Assembly (NCBI RefSeq): GCF_964204645.1
Contig: NC_134031.1
Coordinates: forward strand, 13,751,807-13,815,806
Length of the DNA stretch: 64,000 bases
Direction of reading: 5' to 3'
Source: Tubulanus polymorphus
Taxonomy: Eukaryota > Animalia > Nemertea
In this document: positions 27,501 to 41,144 of the stretch, in pieces
Layout: every line of letters starts with the position of its first letter
Position numbering within the stretch: position 1 is the stretch's first letter
Made by a program: the position numbers and the translations under genes
The notes under the pieces: model-generated
Databases searched by the model: none
What the model was told of the DNA's origin: nothing
Seen by the model: the letters and a program-made list of their open reading frames with translations, nothing else

Positions 27501-29001
27501 CACAAGTACTGAATAATTAACTCAAAATTTTGCCAATCCCTGGGAGTAAAATGCCGTGCGTTTTTTAACATATCGTATCTTTATGGGTTTTTTACTCCCG
27601 TTTTTCAAACGTTATTCCCCTATTCCGTTTCGAGTAAAATTCGCTATAATCCGTACTTAAAATACCGTTGTTCCATTAATTCCGTACCCATGCAACCCGT
27701 TGTAATACTTAGGAACAAATCTTTAGTGTAAAACATATCAAACTATTGAAGCCATGAGATTTAATGTAGAAATCTGACGTTTTTAAACTACAGAAAAATT
27801 TATTTTCGTATAATCGATAAAACAATAGGCTCCACAATATGTAATCAAAATTCCCAAACTCCCACGTTGTTTTTCGCAGAAAATGATTTTTTTCTTTTTT
27901 AATCTTCAAATTTCTTGTGTAAAACATATAAAACTGTTAAAGCCGTTCGTAGAACATATCTGACGATACAGGAAGATTTATTGTCGTAAAACAAACAAGG
28001 CTTTCAATTTGTAATCAATACTCCCAAAGCATGTTTTTTTTCGCAAAAATGAATTCCTTTTCTATACACGTATTTGATCACGGCGAATCTTCGCTTGAAT
28101 AGATCTTCGACATTTTGGGTGATTTTCTTTGCCACGGACCTCGCCGAACACAGGTGCCCCCGCAAAACCTATTTTTTTACAATGTAGAATTCTGTATAAG
28201 TTTGCCGAAAGGGCACTCGCCTCTATTTATTCATTAAAACTTAAGACTGGCTGTGCGCTTCACCAAGTTTCGACTTCGACATATTAAGCGCACAGCGAGC
28301 GCCGAAGGCGCGAGCTGGAAGCTCCTTAAGTTAATCGCGCGTATGAGGCAAATTCAAATTTTCTATATTTCTCCATACCGTCCTTCTCAAAAAGTGTAGT
28401 TTACATCCGGGACACATGGGCATTGGCTAAATCGTGGCGACGAAAATGACGGTCACGGACGGACTTTCGTCGAAACTTGCGGGCCGCGTCGCGCGGGTAG
28501 TTTAAATACGTGAATGAAGGATAAAAAAATGATTTCGTGTAATTTTCAGAATATTTACAAAGAATATTCACAAAATAGTGTCAAAAAATATTATTTTTAG
28601 TTCGTATTCCTCCGTAGAAACCGATTGCAAGACTGGATTCCAATCCCACGAAAAGCACAGTCCCTTAGCAACGGGTCGAATTTTTTAGAATAACAAGCGC
28701 GCCGGTTTCACAGCATCACTAAGGGTCGAGTCCCGGAGAATAAAGCGCGCGTGCGGTCCGCGTGTTACAAAATGACCGACCCGCCCCACACAAGTACCAA
28801 ATAATTAACTCAAAATTTTGCCAATCCCTGGGAGTAAAATGCCTCGATTTTTTAACATATCTTATCTTTATGTGTCTTTTACTCCCGTTTTTCAAACGTT
28901 ATCCCCTTTTCCGTTTTGAGTAAAATTCGTATACGCTATAATCCGTATTTAATATACCGTTGTTCCATTAATTCCGTACCCATGCAACCCGTTGTAATAC
29001 T
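21362..29001. repeat. Near-exact 3,820-bp tandem duplication (21362-25181 and 25182-29001)
   Basis: Identical ORF-track entries at +3820; the only difference I noticed is one T in a homopolymer (~24351 vs ~28171). Confidence 0.92.
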
Positions 29002-31225
29002 AAGGAAGAAATCATTAGTGTAAAACATATAAAACTATTGAAGCCATGAGATTTAATGTAGAAAACGGACGTTTTTAAACTACAGAAAAATCTATCCTCG
29101 TGTAATCGATAAAACAATAGGCTCTCAATATGTAATCAACGTTCCCAAACATCCACGTTGTTTTTCGCAGAAAATGATTTTTTTCTTTTTTAATCATGGG
29201 TCCCTTAATTCACTCGAAGATTTATCATATTTTGGGTGTTCTTTGGTCACGCCACCGGGTGCCTTCCTTCAGCAAAACCTACATTTTTTGCAATGTAGAA
29301 CTTGGGAACAATTTTTTTGTGTAAAACATATAAAACTATTAAAGCCGTTCGTAAAACATATCAGATAAGTGCATATATAATATCATACAAGATCTATCGT
29401 CGTATGAAAGATAAAACAAACAAGGTTTTCAATTTGTAATCAACACTCCCAAAGCATGTTTTTTTTCCGCAAAAATGAATTCCTTATACATGTATTTGCT
29501 CACGGCGAATTTTCGCTCGAATACGTAGATCTTTGACATTTTGGGTGATTTTCTTTGCCACGGACCACGCCGAACACGTGCCCCCGCAAAACGTATGTTT
29601 TTTACAGTGTAGAATTATGAGTTGGGAAGGGCACTTGCCTCTATTTATTCATTAAAAATTAAGACTGGCTGTGCGCTTCACCAAGTTTCGACTTTGACAT
29701 ATTAAGCGCACAGCGAGCGCCGAAGGCGCGAGCTGGAAGCTCCTTAAGTTAATCGCGCGTATGAGGCAAATTCAAATTTCCTATATTTCTCCATACCGTC
29801 CTTCTCAAAAAGTGTAGTTTACATCCGGGACACATGGGCATTGGCTAAATCGCGGCAACGAAAATGACGGTCACGGACGGACTTTCGTCGAAACTTGCGG
29901 GCCGCGTCGGGCGGGTAGTTTAAATACGTGAATGAAGGATAACAAAATGATTTTGTGTAATTTTCAGATTATTTACAAAGAATATCCTCAAAATATTGTC
30001 AAAAATGTTATTTTTAGTTCGTATTTCTCCGTAGAAACCGATTGGAAGACTGGATTCGAATCCCACAAAAAGCACAGTCCCTTAGCAACGGGTCGAATTA
30101 TTTAGAATAACAAGCGCGCCGGTTTCACAGCATCACTAAGGGTCGAGTCCCGGAGAATAACGCGCGCGCGCGGTCCGCGTGTTACAAAAAGACCGTCCCG
30201 CTACACACAAGAACTGAATAATCAACTCAAAATTTTGCCAATCCCTGGGAGTAAAATGCCGTGCGTTTTTTAACATATCGAATCTTTATGTGTTTATTAC
30301 TCCCGTTTTTCAAACGTTATTCCCCTTTTCCGTTTCGAGTAAGATACGTATATACTATAATCCGTACTTACAATACCGTTGTGCCATTAATTAAGTACCC
30401 ATGCAACCCGTTGTAATACTTACTCTTTAGTGTAAAAAACATAAAACTATTGAAGCCATGAGATTAAATGTAGAAATCTGACGTTTTTTAACTACAGAAA
30501 ATTTTGTTTTCGTGTAATCGATAAAACAATAGGCTCTCAATATGTAATCAACATTCCCAAACTCCCACGTTGTTTTTCGCAGAAAATGATTTCTTTTTCT
30601 TTTTGTAATCACGGGTCCATCGATTCGCTCGAAGATCTATCATATTTTGGGTGATTTTCTTTGGTCCCGCCACCGGGTGCCTTCCTTCAGCATAACCTAC
30701 ATTTTTTACAATGTAGAACTTGGAAACACAGTTCTTGTGTAAAACATATAAAACTATTAAAGCCGTTCGTAAAAAATATCAGATAAGTGCGTATATAATA
30801 TCATATAAGATTTGATAATATCGTCGTATGAAAGATAAAACAAACAAGGCTTTCAATTTGTAATTAACACTCCCAAAGCATGTTTTTTTCGCAAAAATGA
30901 ATTCCTTTTCTATACACGTATTTGATCACGGCGAATCTTCGCTCGAATAGATCTTCGAACACTCCCAAAGCATGTTTTTTTCGCAATAATGAATTCCTTT
31001 TCTATACATGTATTTGATCACGGCGAATCTTCGCTCGAATAGATCTTCGACATTTTGGGTGATTTTCTTTGGCCACGGACCACGTCGAACACAGGTGCCC
31101 CCGCAAAACCTATTTTTTTACAATGTAGAATTCTATTTAAGTTGCCGAAAGGGCACTCGCCTCTATTTATTCATTAAAACTTAAGACTGGCTGTGCGCTT
31201 CACCAAGTTTCGACTTTGACATATT
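21611..31225 (+). mobile_element. Cluster of Helentron/Helitron2-type non-autonomous units (HINE, ~1.3-1.5 kb) starting at 21611, 23189, 24467, 25431, 27009, 28286 and 29704
   Basis: Each starts aagcgcacag plus hairpin gcgcc-gaa-ggcgc and carries the subterminal inverse ctgtgcgctt ~25 bp before the end ...gacatatt; several head-to-tail junctions (catatt|aagcgc); no TSD; internal subrepeats. Confidence 0.8.
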
Positions 31226-31418
31226 AGTTTATGATTATAAAACTAGCTACGCCAAAAACGGCGGAATACGCCAGAAATGGCGAATGTTTTTATGTGTACC
31301 CATGGCAACGTTTAATTGAAAACTTTATAATAGTTTTTAAAACTAGTTCCCAAATTAATTTTTAACAAAAATCATGATTAATAAGCGCACAGCGAGCGCC
31401 GAAGGCGCGAGCTGGAAG

Positions 31419-34400
31419 CATTATGAGAATGCCGGTTTGCTAGCGTATCTATTTAACACCCGTATTGCTCGGGTTAGTTTTACTATCAACGGGTGGCGCT
31501 GTATGTAAATTTCACATAAATCAACGACTTTCGGCACAGTACAAAGATACAGTACGGTGTTTAAGGACATGATTCCATAGGACCCATACCAGAGACATTT
31601 TGTTCAGACAAGGACTATTAGTTAAACACTAATCTTCATTTTCAGCAATTAACGATCTGGTGAATTAATTAGTGATTCGGCCTTTCGGTGGTTCGAGAAA
31701 AAATGCCCGCAAAATAAGAACCTAACGAACCAGGGCTGACCACAAATTACCCAACAGATAAATTTTCGAAACGACACAATCCAATCATGTTTGGTATCAA
31801 ATGTGGCGTGGACCATGGTCTTTTAACTGACCAATGCATGACCAGTACTGACCATATAGTTAATTATTTGTTTGCAAACAATTAAGTTGTTTGGTGTCAA
31901 ATAACTAGATATGATGTGGGCATTAATCTAAGAATTGTTTAACTGACCAATGCTTGACCAGTACAGACCAGTTACCAGTGCTAACCAGAACCCCCATAAG
32001 TAATTTATATGTTTAGTGAATCCTTCGTTAGTACTACTAACTCTTTGTCGCTTGAAAAAGTCTTGTCCGATTTTTGTTGTAGGTAGCGAGCTAACTTTGA
32101 AATTCCGCTAAAATGCATAAGATTTTTACGTAGGGTTTTGAACGAACAACGTTTCCATTTGTAATTGTAACGTGCGCATTTGAGCCTGTAACGTGCACAT
32201 TTCACTCGCGTGAACGTGCGTATCGGTACCAACATGCGAGACTTGTCAAACTTTTACGATCAAGACTTTTAAACTGAACAAAGAAGATATCATATCATAT
32301 TATATATACATGAATAGATGGAATGATAATGTAGTAGTTTGAAATGTTTCGTAGCTGCTGTCCACTGACCACAGATAAAAGCTAATTGCCTGATATGAAA
32401 TATATTTTTGTTATAGAGATGTTGTAGATCAGTGAGAATTCAAACTTATGGTTAATTTTGAGTGATCACAACGCTAACCAATAGAGAAAGCTGTAAGGCC
32501 TAAGAAAGGATGCATTAAGTATAACATATCTTTCAATATAATGATGAAGTATTCAACTGGCCATCACAACAATAGTTTGACTTATCTTATTGAAAAATAC
32601 CGGAGTGTTAATGGGAAAACCTTGAATTCGAAACAATTCCTCACTCAATCGTTTACTTTGAAAACACAATTTGCATTTTGTGTACATGTATTTTTTTCTG
32701 CACCAAAAGCATGAAGTATATTATCTTTGCTTGTAAAAATTTGAAATTTTGGGGAAGATTTTTGGCCTCGTTAACCTGTGAACACGTCCTTCATAAATTT
32801 TCTAAGACCGACCCTTGAAATAATGCTGAGAGTTTCGAGGATAATTTTGGTAGGATGTAAACTTAGGCCGCTTCGTATCCGTGGATGGTTGCTAATTATT
32901 GATTCTATACACAATAATCATAAGTACCATGAGATTCGATAGAATATCGTTTTTCAATCATACGTACACGAATTATCGCGACATAAAGATAAATAATATG
33001 TTCATATACTTTTTACGTCTTATACTGTATATTTCTTTAGTAGTATAAATAAAGAGTGGATCAGCAGGCCACCTGAGACCATTCCACGATCTAAGGTCAG
33101 TTGCCAAAAGTTAGTAAGTTTACCAGTGGATAGTTAACATGTATAATGACAATTAAATTTTCATTGCTAAAATAACTTTGTACTTGTTGACTCAAAAGCA
33201 GAGAATTGAAAATACGATAATACGATACGAAAAATCAGTGTACAAATTCAAAAAGATTATCTCTAGTGAGAGATCGAACGTTGTGTCGTAATTTTCTAAT
33301 GATAAAACATCGTTTGAAATTTGAAATGTGTACATAGTTGATCTTTTTCAGTGTATTTAGTCATGTATCATATTGGATGATGGTTAATTTAAACTATCTT
33401 TTGGGAAACGGGTCCCAGAGCTGTATCCTTTACTCCTGTAATAGAGGATGCAATCTATTTGCGACAAACAGCTAGTGCAAATAGCTAGAAAAGGTAACAA
33501 TAGTGCATTGGCAAACTTACATTGGTTGTTTAGGTTTTTCGAAGGGGAGAATTTGTGGGAAAATTAATCATTACTGAGATATATCCGTGGCGAGCTTTTC
33601 CAGGGATTTAAAAAGTTGAGCTGTACACAAGGAATTTTGTGTAGTCCAATATCCGTGATTACCTCTGGCGTGGAGAGATACAATCTAAAACCAACCCTAG
33701 AGTCAAATATTTTACCACAATTTTTTATGATCAATAAAAAGATTGAGTAATAGACATTCAAACAGTATTATCTAAATTCCACTCCATTTTAAACTCATTC
33801 ATCTCTACACAAACTCCAACTTGTTGAACAGTCCACATTAAAATTAGGGACCACTATTCTTGCTCATCTACACTGGCTACCAATCTAACAAAGGATTAAA
33901 TTTGAGTGTTTGATGTTATAACAATACCAGACTGAATTATGGATTCGGTTTCTACTTTTTAATTGAACATTTATATCACATATTTGGCATCATTTTTAGC
34001 AGTATATGGAATAACCTATCCATATATCATGTTCAATTTTATATAATCTGATTTTTGAGATGTCATTCAATCAATACATTCACATGCGGTCGTTGCTTTC
34101 AATAGCCACCACGGACTGGCTCCTTATTATTTCTTTGGCGATACCATTGGCGGACGATCCCACACGTTTCTTGCTCCAGCCCTAGAATGCTCAATGTTCG
34201 TCATGAACCCCGATTTGAATTTAAATTCAAAATACTCCTAAAACACACCTGTTAACTAGATTACTCTAAAACACCTTTATGTGCAAGAATCAGTGAAATT
34301 GGCGCTTTATCAGTTGTATTCATCATTCGTACCCACGAATCTCGTATCGTATCCTATGAATGTGGAGACCCATCCTCGTAAAGAGAATGAATAGGCTCTG

Positions 34401-37183
34401 TTGCGTTCATATCATTTGATATGAGGCTACGTGTCATCTTCAATCACGTTGTTTTTTTAAAGGGTGGGCGAGAATATATTCTTATGTTTTTGTTTCTCTG
34501 AATGTTGCTATTTAAGAGTTCAATAATTTCAGTCTACCAAACAAAGGATTTTCTGTATGTTTCGTGACATGTTTTTCCATAACCCTAGGAGAGCATTTTA
34601 GGTATTTCTTTGCGGATGACCGAAAGCTGCTGTCCCTTTCTAGTAATTTGATGATATCCGTCGAAATCTAAATTCTAAAAAGGAATCAGGCATATCTTCT
34701 TGTTTGACTAAATATGAACTCAACAACAAGTGACACTCCCTTCAAAGGCGCCGAAGTAAAATCATGTGTCGAGTGGAGATGATATTGTGTCAGAATTTCT
34801 TCAAAATCGGAGAAAATAGAATATTTTGAAAATAATCATTTTACATGTATGTTTAAATCCGTTATAACTGGAGCAATTTTCATGAAAAAATATCTATGTA
34901 ATCAGCGAAATGTAACTAAGAAGAATACTATGTTTAAAAAGTTATCAAAGACATTTGAAAAAAGTTTTCTGAATTCGTCAACTGTTAAACTAGTAACAAC
35001 CAGATGTGTTCCCATTTAACCACCGACCGCGAGCCGAGTCGAAGTGAGATGTGCCCTACACTGAAAATCTCAAGTGCTATACAACCGGTTTTTTTAGGTG
35101 CCTCTGAATGTCGGCCGTTAAAAAACTGAACAATTCCCATTTGGAAAGGGCCTACGTAGTTAGAGAAAATTCAAGATGTGTATATCGTGTGATGCAGGCT
35201 CCATATTTCATGTGCGTTTGGAATTTAACCTTGTTTATAACGAAACACGCATGTATTTATGCTATTTTAGATTTAAAAAGAGCGCACGAAAGTGTTTCAT
35301 GAGACCCGCAAATAACGTCAAGTTATTCATGCATTTTTGATTTATATGAATAAATTTCGCTTCGAAATCTTTAAATTTCTCAGGTGGATTATTCAATAAA
35401 TTCACAACAGTCCATTATGGATTAGTTTGACGCCAATCGTTCTTTTAAAGATCTTTCTTTCTCGAAGAAAGATTTTCTTAAAAACTTTGATTATGGCGAA
35501 TCTTTTATGTGTCCGATAGTTAAACCTTCGGGTATTATACTAGAACACAAATTTTTAAAGATATTCATAACATACTGAAGGATATCACAGTTTATACCCG
35601 AATATATATATAGTTGGATAGATCTTTTTGTTTCGACTCGCATGCGACAGTAAAAACGGTACTTGATATAATAAGTGAACTTCATCATTGATATTTTCAC
35701 TAATCTACTTGAATTCCAAAAAAGAACTGACAATGAAAAAGGGTTACAGCTGTGACTGATATCGCTCCAAATTTCAATTCCTATGAACACTTTTCATATA
35801 AAGAAAACTATTAACGAAACAGTTTTTAGAGGCGAAGAATCCGCGTTACCATCGAATTTTCATAACTTGAAGGAATGGTTATTGCCTCGGTGATCACTGG
35901 TCTAGTACGCGGTTTTCTGAAATGAAAGTGGCCAAGTCTAAAGAACAACTATTGTATCACATGATTTCAAATATTAGGAACCCAAATGCGTTTAATGATT
36001 TAATTGATTGGTATCGCGCAGATTGGTTGAAAGACGGGTGTTAGTCACCTTGTGATTTAATTGTTTTTCATGCATCGATTAATTAATCTTATTATAACTT
36101 ATTTGTAGGCGCTTCCCGCAAACATTTTCTATTCGTTGAGTTTTCAAACGCAGTACTGTTCAGATGATTCGAGTCAAGTAGTAAAAATGTTTATGTATTA
36201 GCATTACTATGCAGTGAAAATAACGCACTGCGGCAAGTGAGGTGCTGTGATCCAGATGTGTAACCCATTTATGGGTAATAAATTTCCATCATGTCAACGC
36301 CATTCAAAAACAGTAGCAAAAATTTCTGCTGGTTTCTAGAAATAGCAATACGACGACAAGCACTTTCGAATTCGACCACGATATTTGAGAAGTTTCACTT
36401 GGGCAGTGGTGGTCAGTGATGGTCAATTTATGAAATTTAATGGCGAATCCTTTCTAGTTTCACACCAAATGCGGTACCGGTACATCGTTCTTTCAAGAAG
36501 TTGCAATTGGTCAGTGGTGGTCAGTGATGGTCAATTTATGAATTTTCAATGGCGAATCCTTTCTAGTTTGACACCATAACGCGGTATATCATTTTCATAT
36601 TCGAGAAGTTTGAATTGGTCATTGGTGGTCAGTGATGAATTTGCAATGATGATTCCTTAGTAGTTTGAAAACAAACATTACATGATAAATTTCCGAAATT
36701 CGAAGTCAAGTGTTCAGACTCGGGGATATCTCAATTGGTCAGTTACTGACCATCATGGTGTCACCATTGTGGTCTATAGCTCAAATGAAACATGTGGAAC
36801 CGACGAAGGGGCCCAAAAGCGTTAAGTCCTTTTCTGGAGTGACGTGATCCAAAAATGCCCTAACTGGAAAAGGCAGTCTCTCAATTGGATGAAACCAAAT
36901 CGGACAGGACAATTAAAATTTGGGAAGGTCACAGGTAGTGGTCTTTCTACGAAGCCCACGCGGTGAGCGTATTATTATGAAATCTTTTTTTAAACCACCA
37001 TGTACCACGAAGTAATAAGCATCGTTGCAAGCACTTGAAACAGCCATTAACCACTTGAAACTGTCAGATCAATCATACCGCATCCCCGCAAAGAGGGGTG
37101 GTTTAGCAAACCGGAGTTTTCATTGGCCTCTCTAGACTACCCCGCCAGTACGGGTAGCCGAGCAAACCGGAAAACTCATAATG
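31419..37183 (+). mobile_element. Unclassified 5.8-kb non-coding TIR element, copy A
   Basis: Ends cattatgag-aatg-ccggtttgct and agcaaaccgg-aaaa-ctcataatg; TGACCA-rich subterminal repeats; interrupts the HINE at ggaag^ctcc. Confidence 0.85.
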
Positions 37184-40100
37184 CTCCTTAAGTTAATCGC
37201 GCGTATGAGGCAAATTCAAATTTTCTATATTTCTCCATACCGTCCTTTTCAAAAAGTGTAGTTTACATCCGGGACACATGGGCATTGGCTAAATCGCGGC
37301 GACGAAAATGACGGTCACGGACGGACTTTCGTCGAAACTTGCGGGCCGCGTCGCGCGGGTAGTTTAAATACGTGAATGAAGGATAACAAAACGATTTTGT
37401 GTAATTTTCAGAATATTTACCAAGAATATCCTCAAAATATTGTCAAAAAATGTTATTTTTAGTTCGTATTTCTCCGTAGAAACCGATTGGAAGACTGGAT
37501 TCGAATCCCACAAAAAGCACAGTCCCTTAGCAACGGCCATTATGAGTTTTCCGGTTTGCTCGGCTACCCGTACTGGCGGGGTAGTCTAGATAGGCAAATG
37601 AAAGCTCCGGTTTGCTGAACTACCCCTCTTTGCGGGGATGCGGTATGATGTTTGATCTGACAGTTTCAAGTGGTTAATGGGTGTTTCAAGTGCTTACAAC
37701 GATGCTTATTACTTAATGTGGTACATGGTGGTTTAAAAAAAGATTTCATAATAATACGCTCAAAGTATCGGCCTACCGCGTGGGCTTCGTAGAAAGACCA
37801 CTGCCTGTGGCCTTCCCAAATTTTAATTGTTCTGTCCGATTTGGTTTCGTCCAATTGAAAGACTGCCTTTTCCAGTTAGGGCATTGTTGGATCACATCAC
37901 TCAGGAAATGACTTACGGTTTTGGGCCCTTTCGTCGGTCCCACGTGTTTCATTTGAGCTATAGACCACATGGTGACACCATGATGGTCAGAAACTGACCA
38001 ATTGAGATATTCCTGAGTCTGAACACCTGACTGCGAATTTCGGAAATTTATCAAGTCATGTTTGTTTTCAAACTACCGAGGTATCATCATTGCAAATTCA
38101 TAAATTGACCATCACTGACCACCACTGACCAATTCAAGCTTCTCGAATATGAGTTCGATATACCGCGTTATGGTGTCAAACTAGAAAGGATTCGCCATAA
38201 ATATTGAGAATTCATAAATTGACCATCACTGACCACCACTGACCAATTCAAACTTCTCGAATATGAGAACGATATACCGCGTTATGGTGTCAAACTAGAA
38301 AGGATTCGCCATTGAAAATTCAGGAATTGACCATCACTGACCACCACTGACCAATTCAAACTTCTCGAATGTAAGAAAGATATACCGGTACCGCATTTGG
38401 TGTGAAACTAGAAAGCATTCCCCATTAGAATTCATAAATTGACCATCACTGACCACCACTGCCCAAGTGAAACTTCTCGAATATCGTCGAATTCGAAAGT
38501 GGTTGTCGTCGTATTGTTATTTCTAGAGACCAGCAGTATGTTTTGCTACTGTTTCTGAATGGCGTTGACATGATGGAAATATATTACTCCTAAATAGGTT
38601 ACACATCTGGATCACAGCACCTCACTTGCCGCAGTGCGTTATTTTGACTGCATAGTAATACTAATACATAAACTTTTTTACTACTTGACTCAAAGCTTGA
38701 CGCGAATCATCTGAACAGTACTGCGTTTGAAAACGAATAGAAAATGTTTGCGAGAAGCACCTGCAAATAAGTTATGATAAGATTAAATCTATGGTTAATC
38801 GATGCTTAAAAAAACAATGAAATCACAGGCAAGATGACTAAGAACCGTCTTTCAACCAATCAGCGCGATACCAATTAATTAAATCATTAAACGCATTAGG
38901 CTCCTAATACTTGTAATCATTTGTCGTTCTTTAAACTTGGCCACTTTTGTTTCAGAAAACCGCGTACTAGACCAGTGGTCACCAAGGCATTAAAAAAGTT
39001 TTGAAAATTCGATGGTAACGATTTGTCCGTCAAAAAACTGTTTCGTTAATATTTCAAGTTTTTTTAAACTCTTGTACAGAATTCACTATATGAAAAGTGT
39101 TCATAGGAATTGAAATTCGGTGTGATATCAGTCACCTGTTACCCCTTTTTCATTATCAGTTCTTTATTGCGCTATCATGCGCTCTTCTAAAATAGAAAAG
39201 AACATGTGTGTTTCGTTATAAACAAGGTTAAATTCCAAACGCACATGAAATATCACACAATATACACATCTAGCATTTTCTCTAACTAGGCCCTTTCCAA
39301 ATGGCAATTGTTTAGTTTTTTAACGGCCGACATTCAGAAGCACCTAAAAACCAGTGGTAGCGCTTGAGATTTTCAGTGTAGGTTAGGCCACATCTCACAT
39401 CGACTCGGCTCGCAGTCGGTTCGTTTAATGGGAACACATCTGGTTGACACTAGTTTCACAGTTGACGAAATCAGAAAACTTTTTTCAAATACCTTTGATA
39501 ACATCTTAAACATAGTATTCTTCTTAATTACATTTCGTTGATTCCATAGATATGTTTTTATGAAAATTGCTCCAGTTATAACGGATTCAAACATACATGT
39601 GAAATCATTATTTTCAAAATATTCAATTTTCTCCGCATTTGAAGAAATTCTGACACAATATCATCTCCACTCGACACATGATTTTACTTCGGCGCCTTTA
39701 AGGGAGTGTCCCTTAAAGTTGAGTTCTTACTTAGTCAAACAAGGAGATATGCCTGATTCCTTTTTAAAATTTAGATTTCGACAGATATCATCAAAATTAC
39801 TAGAAAGGGACAGCAGTGTTCGGTCATCCACGAAAAATACCTAAAATGCAGTCCTAGGGTTATGGAAAAACAGGACACGAAACATACAGAAAAATCCTTT
39901 GTTTGGTTGACTGAAATTATTATTGAACTCTTAAAAAGCGACATTCAGAGAAACAAAAACATAAGAATATAATCTCGCCCACCCGTTAAAAAACATAACG
40001 TAATGATATGAGGCCATGTGTCATCTTTAATTGAAATCACATTATATTCATTCTCATGCGAGGATGGGTCTCCAAATTCGTAAGATAAGGAGAATAATGG

Positions 40101-40248
40101 TTTGAATGATGAATACAACTGATAAACGCCAATTTCACTGATTCTTGCATATAAATGCTCAAAGGCGCTTTACAGTAATCGAGTAAACAGGTGCGTTTTT
40201 AGGAGTCTTTTGAATTTGAATTCAAATCGGGTGTTCATGACGACTATA

Positions 40249-40653
40249 GGCGCTTTTACGAAACTGAATCTTTGTAAATCGATTTAAGTTTCACGTTTAC
40301 GGCACGCGGTTTAGTGAATCCGATGTGGTAAATCAACTCGTTTATGGACGCGGTTTAGTAAATTGATTTATTAAATCGACTAACTTGCTCGGCGAGCAAG
40401 TTAGTGGCGATTTAGTCAGTGAAATCCAACATGGCGTCCTCTTCGACCGCGGGCTAAAGACATCTATTGCAGACCATCATCTATCAATAATTCGGTCACC
40501 ATTGACGCCCATTTTCTTTCGAATCGCGACCTTTCAATTGATAAATTGATTCGACTCATTTACGAAAAACGATTCGATTTACTAATCCTTTCGTTTTCCA
40601 ACATCGAATCGGATTTAGCTAAACCGAATCAGATTCAATTTCGTAAAAGTGCC
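40249..40653. mobile_element. PIF/Harbinger-like MITE nested in copy B
   Basis: TIRs ggcgcttttacgaaactgaatct / agattcaatttcgtaaaagtgcc; absent from copy A; TSD imperfect. Confidence 0.7.
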
Positions 40654-40667
40654 TTATAATTGAGCAT

Positions 40668-41144
40668 ACCTCAGAAATGCTGTTGCTAAATTACGGACGT
40701 CTACTCACAGCTTAATTATTGAAAAAGGTAGACACCGCGGTATAGAAAAGGAAAATCGTTTGTGCAATATTTGTAATGTGTTGGACGATGAATGTCACTT
40801 TTTGTTCCATTGTAAAAGAGTTGCCAATCTGAGAAAGGAATTAAATATAGCTATCTTAGACGTTAATAGTTTAATCTCCACTTTCGACAACCTAAACCCT
40901 ACAACCAGCATTGTTCAGCTAGCCAAATTTATTAAACTCGGTCTGGCATTGTCCTAATATTTCTTCGATTAATGTTCTGTATATTTTCAATTATGTTTTA
41001 ACTCATCTGTAATTAGTGTTAATTATGCTTCATTTTATTATTTGTTTATCTCCTATTATGTATATACTTGATTTTACCGAATTTGTATCAGTTGCAAACA
41101 ATGTTTCATTAATGTTTATGCTGAATAAAGATTGAATTGAATTG
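40668..41144 (+). mobile_element. 5'-truncated RTE-X-like 3' end nested in copy B
   Basis: KLRTSTHSLIIEKGRH..LCNICNVLDDECHFLFHC; aataaa and an (attga)n tail; absent from copy A. Confidence 0.8.

Noticed and set aside
22142-30612. Repeated short ORFs within the array
   Set aside because: No protein motifs, not kept between diverged units; identity reflects the duplication
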